Of a DNA stretch of 64,000 nt, positions 38,193-50,100 are shown piece by piece. The notes beneath the pieces were generated by a model, which was not told where the DNA came from, ran no database searches, and saw only the letters and a list, made by a program, of their open reading frames with translations. The first letter of the stretch is position 1; each line of letters begins with the position of its first letter. The stretch spans positions 1,426,001 to 1,490,000 of the forward strand of contig JAYWIR010000032.1 in assembly GCA_036172245.1 (NCBI GenBank), in the 5' to 3' direction. Made by a program: the position numbers and the translations under genes. The stretch comes from Raillietiella orientalis (lineage: Eukaryota).

Positions 38193-39088
38193 CGTCTTCG
38201 GGCCACAGGACCGGCACTTCCGGAGTTCTGGCTACCTCTCTAGCCCTTTCTCCCGCCCGCTCCTCGGCGCCCGAAAGGCATCCGGCAGCGCACTGTCCGC
38301 TCCGGTTCCTCGACGGGCGAGGGGCAATGGCCTAAGGGCCCGCCCGCGGGGCTGATGCTCGTGAGTGGTCCTTCGTGGGGAGCGCGGCTTCCCGCATTCC
38401 TGAATGGGGGGGAGGGCTACGCCTCTGCGCACCCGCACGTGTGCCCCAAGCGCGAGACGTCGCCGTCGGCGGCGCCGCGATCGATGGCGTTGGCGGGGAA
38501 CGTGAATGGGAGGAAGGCGAGAGCGAGCGCGCCTCTCGAGGCGCGCGCCGTCGATCGATGGCAGCGGCGTGTGCGCGCGCGAGGAGGTGGTCACCGCCTT
38601 GCCCGCCTGTGTGGGGGCGGAGGCGAAAGGGAAGCCCCGCCCCTTCTTTCCGCTCCTCCCGAGCGGCGGCGGCGGCTGAGGGGAAGGGAAGGGGAACGGC
38701 GGGTAACCGGGCAGCGGCTGGCGGCGGCAGGATCGAATCTGCCGCAGCGTTCCCTCGCCGCGTCCCCTTTCTCCGCCGCCTCCTCCTCCTCCTCCTCTTC
38801 CCGCAGGAGGAGGAGGAGGAGGGGGGGAAACGGAGGAGCGCAGGCGCAGTCGGGGCGGCACGACGGCGGCTCCTCCGCCGGCAGAGCGTCGCCGCCTGCT
38901 CTCCCGAGCGCGCCCTCCTCCCTCCGGAAGCGGCGGAAAACCTTCGGGATCAGGGAGAGGAGGGGTCGTCGGCGGCGGCTGTGAGATGGGGACGCCCCCT
39001 CCGGCGCGCCCCCGGCGACGACCTGCAGGGAGACGACGACGACGACGGCGGTGGCAGGAAGTCCCAGGACAGTGACCACCCCGACGCC

Positions 39089-42000
39089 ATGTACCTTCCC
39101 CCCCGACCCTCCCCTCCGTCGAGCGGTCCTGCGCCCGATCCCATTCCTCCCGAGAGGACCGCTGCCGGCCGACCGTGCAAGCTCTGGGACTGCCAGAGGG
39201 CAAACAGGAAGGCTGCGTCCGTGGCGGACTACGACGACCTCGTCCTTAAAGGTGCGTGGACAGCCGCGGAGGCGCGCGACCGTGAGGGAGTGGGGGAGGA
39301 AGGGCGGCGGTCAGGGCGGGGGAGGCGAACGTTCCGCGAGGTCCGAACGTCTGCGTGCGCCTGAGCGACGCCAACGCGCCGTGTTATCGATCCGCGGGCT
39401 GCCAGGCCACGGCGGCGGCGGCACCAGCAGGGAGCGGCCGCCGCTTCCCCCTCCTTCGTCTTCCCCGCGCCTTCTTCCTCCAAAAGTAAATTCTGGCGCC
39501 CTCTTCCTCCGGGCGTGTAGCCCTGGAGCCTTCTTCCTCTGGACATCCGGTTCTGGCGTCTTCTTCCACCAAGAGTCAAACTCTGGAGCCTTCTTTCCTC
39601 CGGGAGTCCAGCCTTGGCGCCCTCCGTCGCCCGGCTGCGCCGAAGACGATGCCGCTACTGCCGATCCGGCAGCCGCGCGCACCCTCTCTCCACCCGAGGG
39701 CCATATAGGGCGGAGGGGCCATGCCCCTCCCCTGCGCGTCTTACAGATCTGGGGGAAAACCCGGGAAGCGTCCGTCTGCGCGACCTCTCCCTGGGAGAGC
39801 GAGCAGCCGGGAAGAGGGCGTTTCCCGGAAGGACGGCCTGCCTTTCTCGGACGGCGCGCGTGCGCGTCCGGGTCACGGGGCGTTCCAGAGGGCCTCCGGG
39901 TTTTGGGGACCCCAGAGAGACCAGTGTCTCGGTCTTTTCTCCCCTCCGCCACGCACTCCAGACAGGACTCTCGCTGCCTCGGGCGAAGGGGGGGAGGGAG
40001 AGCGTCCTTGGAGACCCTACTTCCTGTGGAGTCGGGAAGGACCTCTCCTTCTTCCTGGCCGGGGCTGCCGAGTTCCGGAAGGCAACGGGACTTTGCTCCC
40101 CTATCGCGCCTCCTGGGAGGCCTTCAGGGCCCTGGGCATCAACGTTCCCTGGGCGACCGGGCGGATTCGCGGGGAACCCTCCCGCCCCGGGCGGTCCGAA
40201 CCACTGTTTCTACCGGAGAAGGCCCTCGCCCTCCGGGGGTAGTCTGTCTGGAACTCGCGAATTCGGAAGAGAAAGAGCCTCCGGGAGAGACGGAACGCGC
40301 AGGGCGACTCCTCCCTTCCGCTTCCGGGAGCGCGGCCCCCAAGCCCTCTCTGCTCTTCCAGGGAGGCAGAAGCTGTCCCTCCCCCTGAAGGAGTCCGTGA
40401 GAGTCGTGCTGGAGTCCGACGGGACGCAGATCGAGGACGCTGACTACTTCCGGCACCTCCCGGACAACACCGTCTTCATGTTCCTGCGTCCGGGAGAGGA
40501 ATGGTGCCCCTCGGGGTCGGAGCGCACCAGGAACGGTGGGTTGAACGCCCCCTCCCCCGAGCCTCTGCTTCCTCCTCCTCCTCCTCCCAGGGTGGACTGC
40601 GCCTCGGGCTGAGGCGCGGACCGGCGCTGGCAGCGCTCGCGCGGGGGGGGTCTATCCTCCTCCCCTACCCCCTTCCCACCCCTTCCCGGGCCTCGCAGTT
40701 GCCAAGCATGCGCGCCCTCGCCGGACGGTCACCGGACGGCCCTGGGGCCTTCCCTCCCTTCCCTCGAGGTTCCAAGGAGGCGGGTGGTGGGAGTGACGTC
40801 CCTCCCTCCCTTCTGACCCCGCCCCCTTCGACAGGGAAGTCCTTCCGAGGCGCACGGCGGAGTTCCTTCTCCGGTCTCTTCCCTGGGCGCGCCTTCCGGG
40901 AGGCAGCGCCACCCTCCGCCGCGGGAGAAGATCCTTCGAGAACTGATCTCCTCCCGGAGTCGCACTGGAACCCGCCGTTGCTGCTGCTGCCTCCCTCCCA
41001 CCCCGCTCCCCGGCCTCCGGCGGCCAGGCGGACCAATGTCTCCCTGCCACTGCCTGAGGGGTACCTTTGCGCCTCGTGAGTCTCGGCTCCTAGAGGAGAG
41101 GGTGGGTCAGCAGCAAAGATTGCGGGGGGACGGAGTACTCGCCCCTTCCCTCCCCCCCCCGCTCCCTCCTGCCGCCGTTCGATTCCCGATGGGGACTCTT
41201 CCAGTCTATTCGGCCATCCCGAAGATCGTCTACGAGACGATGAAGTCGATGCGCATCGACGACGAGGCCCCCTCGTGGAAGATCATGGAGAACAGGGGTC
41301 AGGTGACCGTCGTGCTCCACTGGGACCCCAAGTCCCGAAGGCCCCACAATCACGTGTTCCTCCCCTACCCCCCGAACCACGTCATCATGGGGATCGGCGA
41401 GCGGCGCACATCCGTGCGCATGGGCGACTCGCCCGATGCTCTGTCCGGCATCTTCGGCTCTCCCGGGAGGGAGGTTCTCTTGGACGGCAAGGCCGCCGCG
41501 TATCCCGCCCATCACCCGGTCCGGGCGCGGACCCTCTCCGGCGCGCGGGACAGTTCCGTCGAGTCGGCGGCCCCCGCTGCCTGCCCGGCGGACCCCAGGA
41601 GGAGCGCCCACAGACTCCGGGAGTGCGACTTCCACTGCTGCACGCTACACGAGGAAGGCAGGGAAATCAAGGTGAACAAGGAGAGGTCCCTGGACCAGGA
41701 TGCGAGGAGCACGTCGCGCCGCGGGGTCAAGGGAGAGCCGCACGTACACTTCTCGGACCAGGACGGCCCGGAGCACGGGGCTGACAGCTCCGAGTCCGAG
41801 GGAGCGAACGAGGACGCGGCCTTGGAGGACGAGACCTCCCGCAGCGTCCGCTTCCTCCTGCTGGTAGACAACTGCAGCTCCGAGTCCAGCAGGTTCCTCA
41901 CCGTCAAGGACATCGGCGTCATCCTGGACAGTCTGAGCTCCAAGATCCTGGACGTGGAGAAGCTGGAGAGGAACATCAGCAGCGACGAGTGCCACTACTG

Positions 42001-42160
42001 GACCCTGAAGGCCACCATACGCGGGGACGCGATGAGGGACGTCGGGATCGTCTACAACGGCAACTACTACTCCATCTGCGAGCACCCGGCGTACAAGGAG
42101 GTGGCCGTGGCTTCGGAGGACCAGGCGACCGACGCGGAGGAGGACGCGGAAGAAAGGTAG
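39089..42160 (+). CDS. Drep2: CIDE-N domain protein, Drep2-like (DFF-related protein)
   Basis: The exon ending at 39251 (RPCKLWDCQRANRKAASVADYDDLVLK) and exon 40362-40535 (GRQKLSLPLKESVRVVLESDGTQIEDADYFRHLPDNTVFMFLRPGEEW) form a CIDE-N domain. Exon 41205-42160 carries SAIPKIVYET, PSWKIMENRGQVTVVLHWD, CDFHCCTLHEEG and KDIGVILDSLSSKILDVEKL...YNGNYYSICEHPAY, blocks I recognise from arthropod Drep2. All junctions are GT-AG and in frame. The N-terminus may extend upstream through an in-frame acceptor at 38806. Confidence 0.88.
39465..39625 (+). repeat. Degenerate 30-bp minisatellite (about 5 copies) in Drep2 intron
   Basis: A CTGGMGYCYTCTTYC core recurs every 30 nt from about 39493. Confidence 0.75.
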
Positions 42161-42599
42161 GGGCGGTGGGCAAGCCGCGCTGCTCTCTCTCCAGCAAAGC
42201 ACCCTTCTAGAGCGAGCGACATGTGGGCGCTGCAGTTCTGAGGTGTCTCCCCCTCCCGTCTCCGAGGCGCAGGCATCTCGCTCGCTCCCTCGACGACGGC
42301 GTCTCTGTGTTCCCCGGAATCAGAACATTTCTTTTCTAATGTCATGAGAGGATCTGGAAACCAAGTGACGGAGGACTTCACGTTCTGTGCCAAAATGTTG
42401 TTCTGTTTTTTTTTTTTTTGTTTTTTAAAGCCGCCTGACCGTAGGAAGAAAACAAAAACAAAAACAAAAAAAAAAAAACGCTTGTATTTGCTGACGGTAG
42501 TGCTTCCACTCCCGCAATCTCCGAGCATCACCTCCAGAGGTAATCAGACTTGCTTTCTTATCCGTGAGATGACTGCGTGCGCGCGCTACTTCGGATCCG

Positions 42600-43300
42600 G
42601 CACAGGGTCCTCTCCGTCGCTCCCGGCGCGACGCTCGGGAGTGAAAGGGAACCCTCCGGTACCTGATACGACGCAGGGGTCACGAAAGGGAAAGCTGCCT
42701 TTACGCAACAAAGCGCGCGTCGCGAGTGCTGGCGTGACGCAACAGAGCGCGCGGGAGCCGCGAGTGCCGTTGCCCGGCGAGAGCCGGAGTGACGTAAGAG
42801 AGCGCACGCGCGCGACGAGGCTGTTCCCCGGAAGCAATTTCCGACCGCAGCAGTCGTTTGTGCAGCCCGGGAGATGCGCAGGAAAGATGGCGAAGCTCGA
42901 CGGCGGTTTCCAAAAGCGTGCACTTCTTCCGTCTCCGTCCGGGGACCGTTATCCGAAGAGCGCTGTGGTGCGTACCGGTTGCAGGGGGACAGCGAAGGGA
43001 GCGAACTGCTCCTCCTCCATGCGTGCGCAGAGGTCGGCTTTCTCCGCAGGAAGCGTGAGAAGGTTCGGCGGGGGCGGGCGCGCACGGACGCTGCCGCTGT
43101 TACGATTTCCCGCCTTCCCCCCTGCCATCTTCCGTTCGCAGATGGGCGGGTGCGGCTGCTGCCTTCGGTGTTCAGCTGTTCGCTGCGCCGACCGATCCGC
43201 GGCTCGCACGAGTCCGGGAGCCGGGAGGTCGGAGCGGCAGCTGCTTCTGCGGGTGGGACCGGGGAGGAGGGACCCCCTCGCTCTGATTCTCCCTGAGTCT
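42600..43300. promoter_or_regulatory. CpG-island-like region with clustered CRE-, ETS- and YY1-like motifs
   Basis: TGACGTAA at 42790-42797, CCGGAAG at 42828-42834 and AAGATGGCG at 42884-42892, all in CpG-dense sequence. No downstream gene was identified. Confidence 0.35.
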
Positions 43301-46300
43301 CTGTTCGTTTCAGCTCCCTGAGGCACAGAAGACTCGCCGGGATGCGTCCCCTCCTGCCCATGCCTGGACGGGGGCCTCCGCCCCCTTCCCTCACCCCGAC
43401 ACTGCCGACACGCGCGCACCGATGCGGGAATCCCAGGAACGAAGACTCTGGAGAAAAGGCGGCGGCGGGGAGGTTGCCCTGCCCTCCCAGCGCGCTCCCT
43501 CGCATCCCATCCGACAGGAGAGCGACGGGGACCGCGCCGGAATACCCGCCTTCCCTTCCGCTGCCTCCCGCGCGGCGGTTGCGCTGCACCCCACCCCGCC
43601 CCTGTTCCCTCCCTCCCAGAAAGGGAAGCCCTCCGACCTCCTCCCCCTCAAGTCCGTCAACTTCTCCCGGGGGCGTCGCCTCCAGCGCTGGAACACTGCC
43701 AAACCCCGGAACGAAAGAGGAATAAAAGAATCCCAGGAAGCGCCGGAGTTCCTTTCTCTCCCCTCCCTCCTCTCCTTTCCTATGCTACCCGCTGGGACTC
43801 CTCTCCTGCGGCGCCGGAGTGATCTCCAGGGACGGGAGGTGGCGGGCGGCAAGGCGGGCTCCTTCGAGAGGACCCGTTCCCACGGCATACCGGGGCCGTA
43901 GGGGAGGAGCGTCGGCTGGATGACCAGCCCGCTAGGCGTTCAGCGTTCTTAGGCGCGTCCCGGAAACTCCTTCTTCCCCTCCTCTTCCTCTCGCCAGCGG
44001 AAGGGGGGGCGGGGGCTCCGGGCGTTTCGCCCGTCTCGAGGAGGCGGAGCGAGGGAGTATCGGCATCTCGAAGGCGAGGCGACGGTGGCGCTGCTGCGGA
44101 AAAATCCCCCAACCACCACCAACCTCGTTCAGGACAGACCACGAGCCAGACAGATGGCTGCGGGGTGCCGTCCCTGAGGACGAGGGGATGGGAGGGGGAA
44201 ATCCCTAGTTGGGGTGAGTGAGTGGGCGCGCACCGGATCATGCCTCCTCACGAACTGCTCGGGGCGTCTCGGTCTTGACCTCCGCCCCCGTACCCCGGCG
44301 GGGAAAACCTTCCAGATCTCGGGACCGGGAGCCACTTCTGGCGCGGCGCTTTCTCGCACCTTCTAGCCCTGCGCAGCGCCTGCCTCAAGGGAAGTTTCCG
44401 GATTGCCAATCCCGCGGACGAGACCGACGGCTCGGCACTCCCGCGTGCCGGGAGCAGCGGGACGAAGCGGCTCTCGCGTGCGGTCTCGACTCTCCCGAGT
44501 CTCCCTTGCTGGAAGTGAGGAGGGATCGAAGTTCGCCATAGAGTACGGCAGCGGCGGACCATCCCTTCCTCACCCCCCGGTTCCGCAAGATTCGGGGTGG
44601 TCTATCACCCTACCTGTGTCGTAGCGAGAAGCTGTTTTCAGCTCCCACGAAAAGCAAGAAATTGGCTCCTCCCTCCTCCTATCTCTCTCTCCCTCATGCA
44701 GCTCAGTTCCTTACGAGGACCGATGATGCCCCTTCTCCACTTCTCCCAAGCGCCGTGAGTACACTTCCCGAAAATGGCCCCTTTCTTTTTTCTTTTTTTT
44801 TTTCATTTTTCTTTAGAAAAATACACAGCATCGTAGTGCCTTTGGTGTCATTACATCGGATGCTGAAATTCAAACGGCACGCTTATCGATCACATACTTA
44901 TACATCGATCTTCTCAGCATCCCTGTAACCTCGTCTGATTTGGATCGGTCCCAACTACTAGAGATCGAATCCCATCATCAGGATAGCTCCATCCGAAGCA
45001 TCGATCATCTTTCACTCAAGATGACCTTTACAGAATGTCTGGAACGATCCCGGTAAACGCTACTAGGTGAAGCTTCCTTTGATGAACTTCACTTTTGTTT
45101 TGTTTTGTTTCTTTGTTTTTTCTTCCGTGTGCCATTGCGAACTTTCTAAAAGCCAAGAAGTAACCCAGTGACCCATGTGCATTCGGTTGCCACCCTTATT
45201 AGCGCCTTCCAAAAGTTGTCCGATTACTTTGTATAATTCCCCCAGCATTTTTTTTAATGTACTTTCAGCTGTAGACGGACACAATACAAAGACAGTGCCA
45301 ACCAAGGGCATAGGTTAGCAGGTTAGTTTTCATCATCACCAATTCCAAAATACTCAAGAGGAATTCTTTTTTTTTCTTCCGACAAACTCGGAACGCTGGG
45401 CATCTTTTAAAGAGAACGCCGGCGAAAACAAAAACAAAAGTCGAGGAGGCAAGCAAATTGGTCCAAGCTCACGTCTCGTGAAGGAAGCTGAAGACAAGTC
45501 TTGAAATCCCTGATGCAGGTTTCCAAGTCTAGCTTGGAGCCAGCTTCAGAGCAATTATCTGAGAAAGTGAAATTTTGATCGATCATCGGTAGGAGCCGTC
45601 TTGTAAGAAATTGATCATAGGTGTTTGTTTTTTATCGATTATCGATTGCGAGTCCCAGTGCACCAGTCTTTGAAAAGTAATCAAGGAAATCAGTCAACAT
45701 GTCATATATCAATTTCGAGAAGCAAATATGCCAACATCTCGAATTATCACGATAAATCAATACAAAGCAGGAGGAGAAAAAAAAGACCCTGGAATTTAGT
45801 TGGAAACTTTCGTACATTCACAAAAGCATGTGGAAAGAATAGTTTAATATGTATTTTGAAAATGAAAAATTACGCGTATGACTAACGAAGGGCCTCTTTT
45901 GTGCATCAAGAAGCAGCATTATCGACTTTTCACGCAAATGAATAAAAAGAAACTAAAACTTTTTATTAGTTGGTAGTGAAGAAATAAAAACGCCGTGATA
46001 ATAAAAATCCACCATAAAACGAAAATTTGTTTAGCAGCAATGGACTGATTTTTGTTTTTAGATCAACAAAAACGATTTCATCAAGGATTTACATTACAGG
46101 ATTCGGCAAGCCTGCTCTTGCTGTGTATTAAGTAGCATTAATGTAGACTTGGAATTGCATTTCAAATCGGAAAACGTTAATTTATCGATGCCTGTATTTG
46201 TTCCAGATGCTCTCTCTTTCTACGTCGTAGCTGCCTTTTGGGACACACTCCATGGGTCGGAACCCCATTCCATATCGTTATTCTGCATTTTCCTTTCGGC

Positions 46301-46752
46301 TCTTTTTAGTGTATCTGCAGGGGGAGGGAGGGGGGGGGGAGAGCAAGCAAGCGAATGGCACGGATTCCAAAAAGCACACCTTGAGATTTGATTTGAGAGA
46401 GTCGCGGAAATGGAAAAATGCATTGCGATTCGGTTTTGAGTTGCGGGGCCCAGGGACCACGAGGTTGCAGGCTCGCAGTCCGTCAACCCCGCTCGATCCT
46501 GCGTGGGCGTCGTCTTCGTGGCCGGAGACGAGGCGACTGGGGGGACTGGTCCGGGACTGTTGGGCTGGTCTTCCTGCGATCGGACAGTCCGCCCCACACG
46601 CCAGCTTCCAGGCCCCCTCTCCTTCCGGCACGTGGGCTGGGAACGCCAGGGTGGCCGCCGCCTGGGACTTCCGGAGCACCGCATGCGTGCCGCTGCTGAA
46701 GAGGAGCAGCCAGTCGGTTGCGCCCAAGACAGGGAACGGCGGCGGCTGCGAG

Positions 46753-47161
46753 ATGTTCGGTGCTTTGCCTGCGAGGAGCATCCCGAATTCCAGGGTGAAC
46801 GACAAAGGTTCCACCGGATTTTTCAAAAGAATCTACCATGATCCATACAAGTGGTTAGTAAGCTAATGGGTTCGGCAATCGAACGAGTGTGTGTGCGTTG
46901 TTAATGGGAGCTCTTGGGCCCCATCGCGGAACTTCCCCCCCCCCCCCCCAACTCTTCGTCGCTTTACTTAGGGGAAGCTTCCAGTCGCCCGGTGTTCCCA
47001 AAAGTTTGCTGTCATGTAATGGAAAGCGTGGGAGCTTTTGTCATCTTGCCTGTGATTTACGTGAACTTTTCAGGTCTCTGTGTAAAAGTATCTTGTTGTT
47101 CCTGCTGGGCGTTAGAATCACACGTGAATGTGTTGGCATGGATGTCATGGCACGGCCATGA
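46753..47161 (+). CDS. TOMM6: TOM6-like mitochondrial import receptor small subunit, 62 aa, two exons
   Basis: Exons 46753-46853 and 47074-47161 (GTTAGT...TTTTCAG) give MFGALPARSIPNSRVNDKGSTGFFKRIYHDPYKWSLCKSILLFLLGVRITRECVGMDVMARP. The C-terminal pattern LFxxGVxxxRxxxxxDxMAxP parallels vertebrate TOMM6 (LFAAGVWLARNLSDIDLMAPQP). AATAAA at 47304. Confidence 0.75.
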
Positions 47162-50100
47162 TGGTCTTTATGGCGAAGCAGAGGGAGCGCATTCGAATAA
47201 TACAAAAGATATCCAGAAGTACTAACTAATAGCATGTATTTCGATGCAGCTTCATATGATGGGAATCAGGAGACTCTTGTTCACTCTTCGAATTTGGAGG
47301 TGCAATAAAAATTTCAAGGACTCTGATGACTTCTCATGTTGTGTTTAATGTGTAATTGCAGCCTTTTTTCACTTTTAAAAGAACCAGCTGGAATTCAGAG
47401 CAAAAAATTAGCATGGATTGTTTGCGTCGTTCTCAACTATTTGAATTAAACAATTTTTAAATGCTCGGCATACATTGTTTTAATTCTAAATTTCGAGGAA
47501 TTTGAAATAGCATTCATCCAGTTGGCAAGTAGTTAAACTGTTCCCTTTTAGGATTCCACCACCATTCTGTTACTCTGCAAGTAGTGTACTTGAAATCCTG
47601 TTTATTATACATTGTACCATACTCCTTTTGCTTGTTTCATGGGTCATTGTAGCTTGCTTGCTGTGGTGTACCAGTAACTCCACAAGTGGAAGAAAACTCA
47701 TTTCATCCTCATGCATGATTTCCAAAGACTTAATTGTGCATTTTAAAAGTATAACTGGTGCAACAGTTTCAAAAAGGGGCTACTAAAAATGCTTAAGGTC
47801 AACATGATATTTGCTTGTGTGCTGTGAGCTCTCAACTTCATTCACATGGAACTTCAAAGGTACCCTCACTGACAACAATAGCGAGCAAAGTCAAACCCAG
47901 TTTGTCAAATGTCTTATTCTCATTCTGTGAGTTCTTTGTGTGTAGGAGAATCAAAAGTTGTACTCTTGAATAGCTTTGACATTGTTTGTGCACTTTTGGA
48001 AGTGAGATGGATTGCATTTTCTTTGAGAATTGTTGTTTTCAAACTGTGGATAGCTGTCATCATCATATCCTAAAAGTTTTTAATAATGGCTATCATGTGA
48101 TTGTAGCAATTCATAAGTAAGCTACTGTTGTTACACTTGTACTTGCTCAGTAAGCCAAAAGGTTTTCTAGTAGGCTTATTGAAATCAAAGAAACTCTTAA
48201 GCTGGATTTCAAAAACAAGGGGGGCTATTTTGATTTAAGTGGATGCTGAGGAAGCTTGCTGTTGTCATTGTAAACAATGGAACAGCATTTCAATAATTTT
48301 GTTCTTTTGCTTATTGAAAGGCTAAAATGAACATTGACAAACATCATGATGAATGAGTGCAGATAGAAGTGGTCACATACATTTGTACAATGACCTTCTC
48401 ATATGAATTACACATTTTCAGACATGTTTTTACAATTTGTACACACATCAGCCCATTAAATGAGGTAAATCTCTTTTTTTTTTTAAAAAAAAAAAATGAA
48501 ACCAAGAACTTGTATGAGTAATTATTTTTTCTGTTTGCATATAATGTTACATACACAGTCAAACTAGTGTTTTGATTGTACTATCAATAAGGCATTCATT
48601 CAAAAACAAATGCTGAAAACTTCAAGTTTATAGGTTTCTCTTTTAAGTTTTAACTCAAGTCTTTGAAGCATCACTACCATGTTATGCAAAAGTACAAATT
48701 AAAAAAAAAGTATTTCAACATGGAACTGCAAAAGTAAGAATTAGAGACTTTTGAGGAAATACCGATCAAGCCTAAAAGAAATAGTAAATGAAGGGACACA
48801 TGCAAACCATCAACATTGAATATTTCGGTTTTCCAAATGTTTTGACTCATAAAAAAACTGAATCATGGATGAAAAGTTAAAATGGTCTCGGTGCAGAATA
48901 AGAGTAGTTTATATTTAATAATTCCTTTAATATGTGCTTATTCAAGGACTTAGCATACAAAGACGAAGCAGTAGCACGGGCAACGTGGACGTTGGAGTTG
49001 TTCAACGAGGACGAAGACTATCGTCTCTTAGTGAGACTTGTCATGTCTCTTGCAGCCCAGCTTCATCTCTGGGATGCCCATCTGGTCAATTTAAACTTGG
49101 CATTAAAACGTGCTCAACATCCTGCTCCTGCAATCATCTTCGCAAATGGTAAAATAGTCCTCTAGTAATCTAATGACTGACCGATATTTGGGAAGGAAAG
49201 AAAAAAATTAGCTGCATAATACTGCCTTGAGCAGTAGCGTTCGTTTGCGAACCACTCGGATGGGGTCAATAATTGGTACAAGGAAAACTGAGTACAGTCT
49301 GGACCGTTGTCAGGATCCTGCTTTGCTAGGTTTGCATCGATCATTCCAGGGAAAGTCCTCTAATTGTGCTGTGTGGTGTACACCAAGTGAAGGAAAAGGC
49401 CCTTTCGACTGCTTGGGAAATCGAATTTCACCCTTCCATTCGCAGAATCTCGGCATCCTTGAAATGAATCGTTGCCGATGCTAGTTTTTGAGATATGATT
49501 TTAACGTCGTTTTCACTTTTTCGTTCTTTGCCCTCGTTTGAGAATGCCCTCTGCAAATCCATGCCTTTCATCGCTTGTTCACCTAGAAGGAAATTTACAG
49601 GATTTTGGTTCCAGGAGGATTTCGAATGCGTTCACTTCCAGCTATCAGCCGAAGACTTTTTCGTCATTTCCTTGTATTCTTTTCGTCTTAAAGTCTTTCA
49701 TCTGTTGGACCGACGCTCCAAGCTAGCTTGGAATTTGTGCAGCTGCCAAAGTTCTTTCTTCCCTTTTTGGTTTTGGCTAGCAGGTTCTGAGCTAATCAAC
49801 AGAGCGAGGTCGCTGTTCGACCTTTCCGTCTTTGCTTTGGTCACATTTGCACCAGAGGTATCACCAGGGGTCTTTTCCCTCCCCTTCTCTTCAGCGAAGA
49901 ACTGACCATTTTGGGGTACGATTTTAGCTTCCTGGTTGTGAAGGAAAACGCGGTTAGCAAGAGATGATGGAGCAAATAGGAGTAGAATTAATTAGAAATC
50001 GGTTCTTCTTTTTGTTTGACCGTAAGTGTCAAAAGGAGCTCATATGAAAAGGAGTTGATGGATCGTATTCCGTGTTAATGGGGATATATAAATCTGAGAT

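Noticed and set aside
39051..40388. 445-aa ORF and similar GC-rich ORFs at 38-44 kb
   Set aside because: They overlap Drep2 introns or exons in other frames and are low complexity. The spliced CIDE-N model explains the real coding signal.
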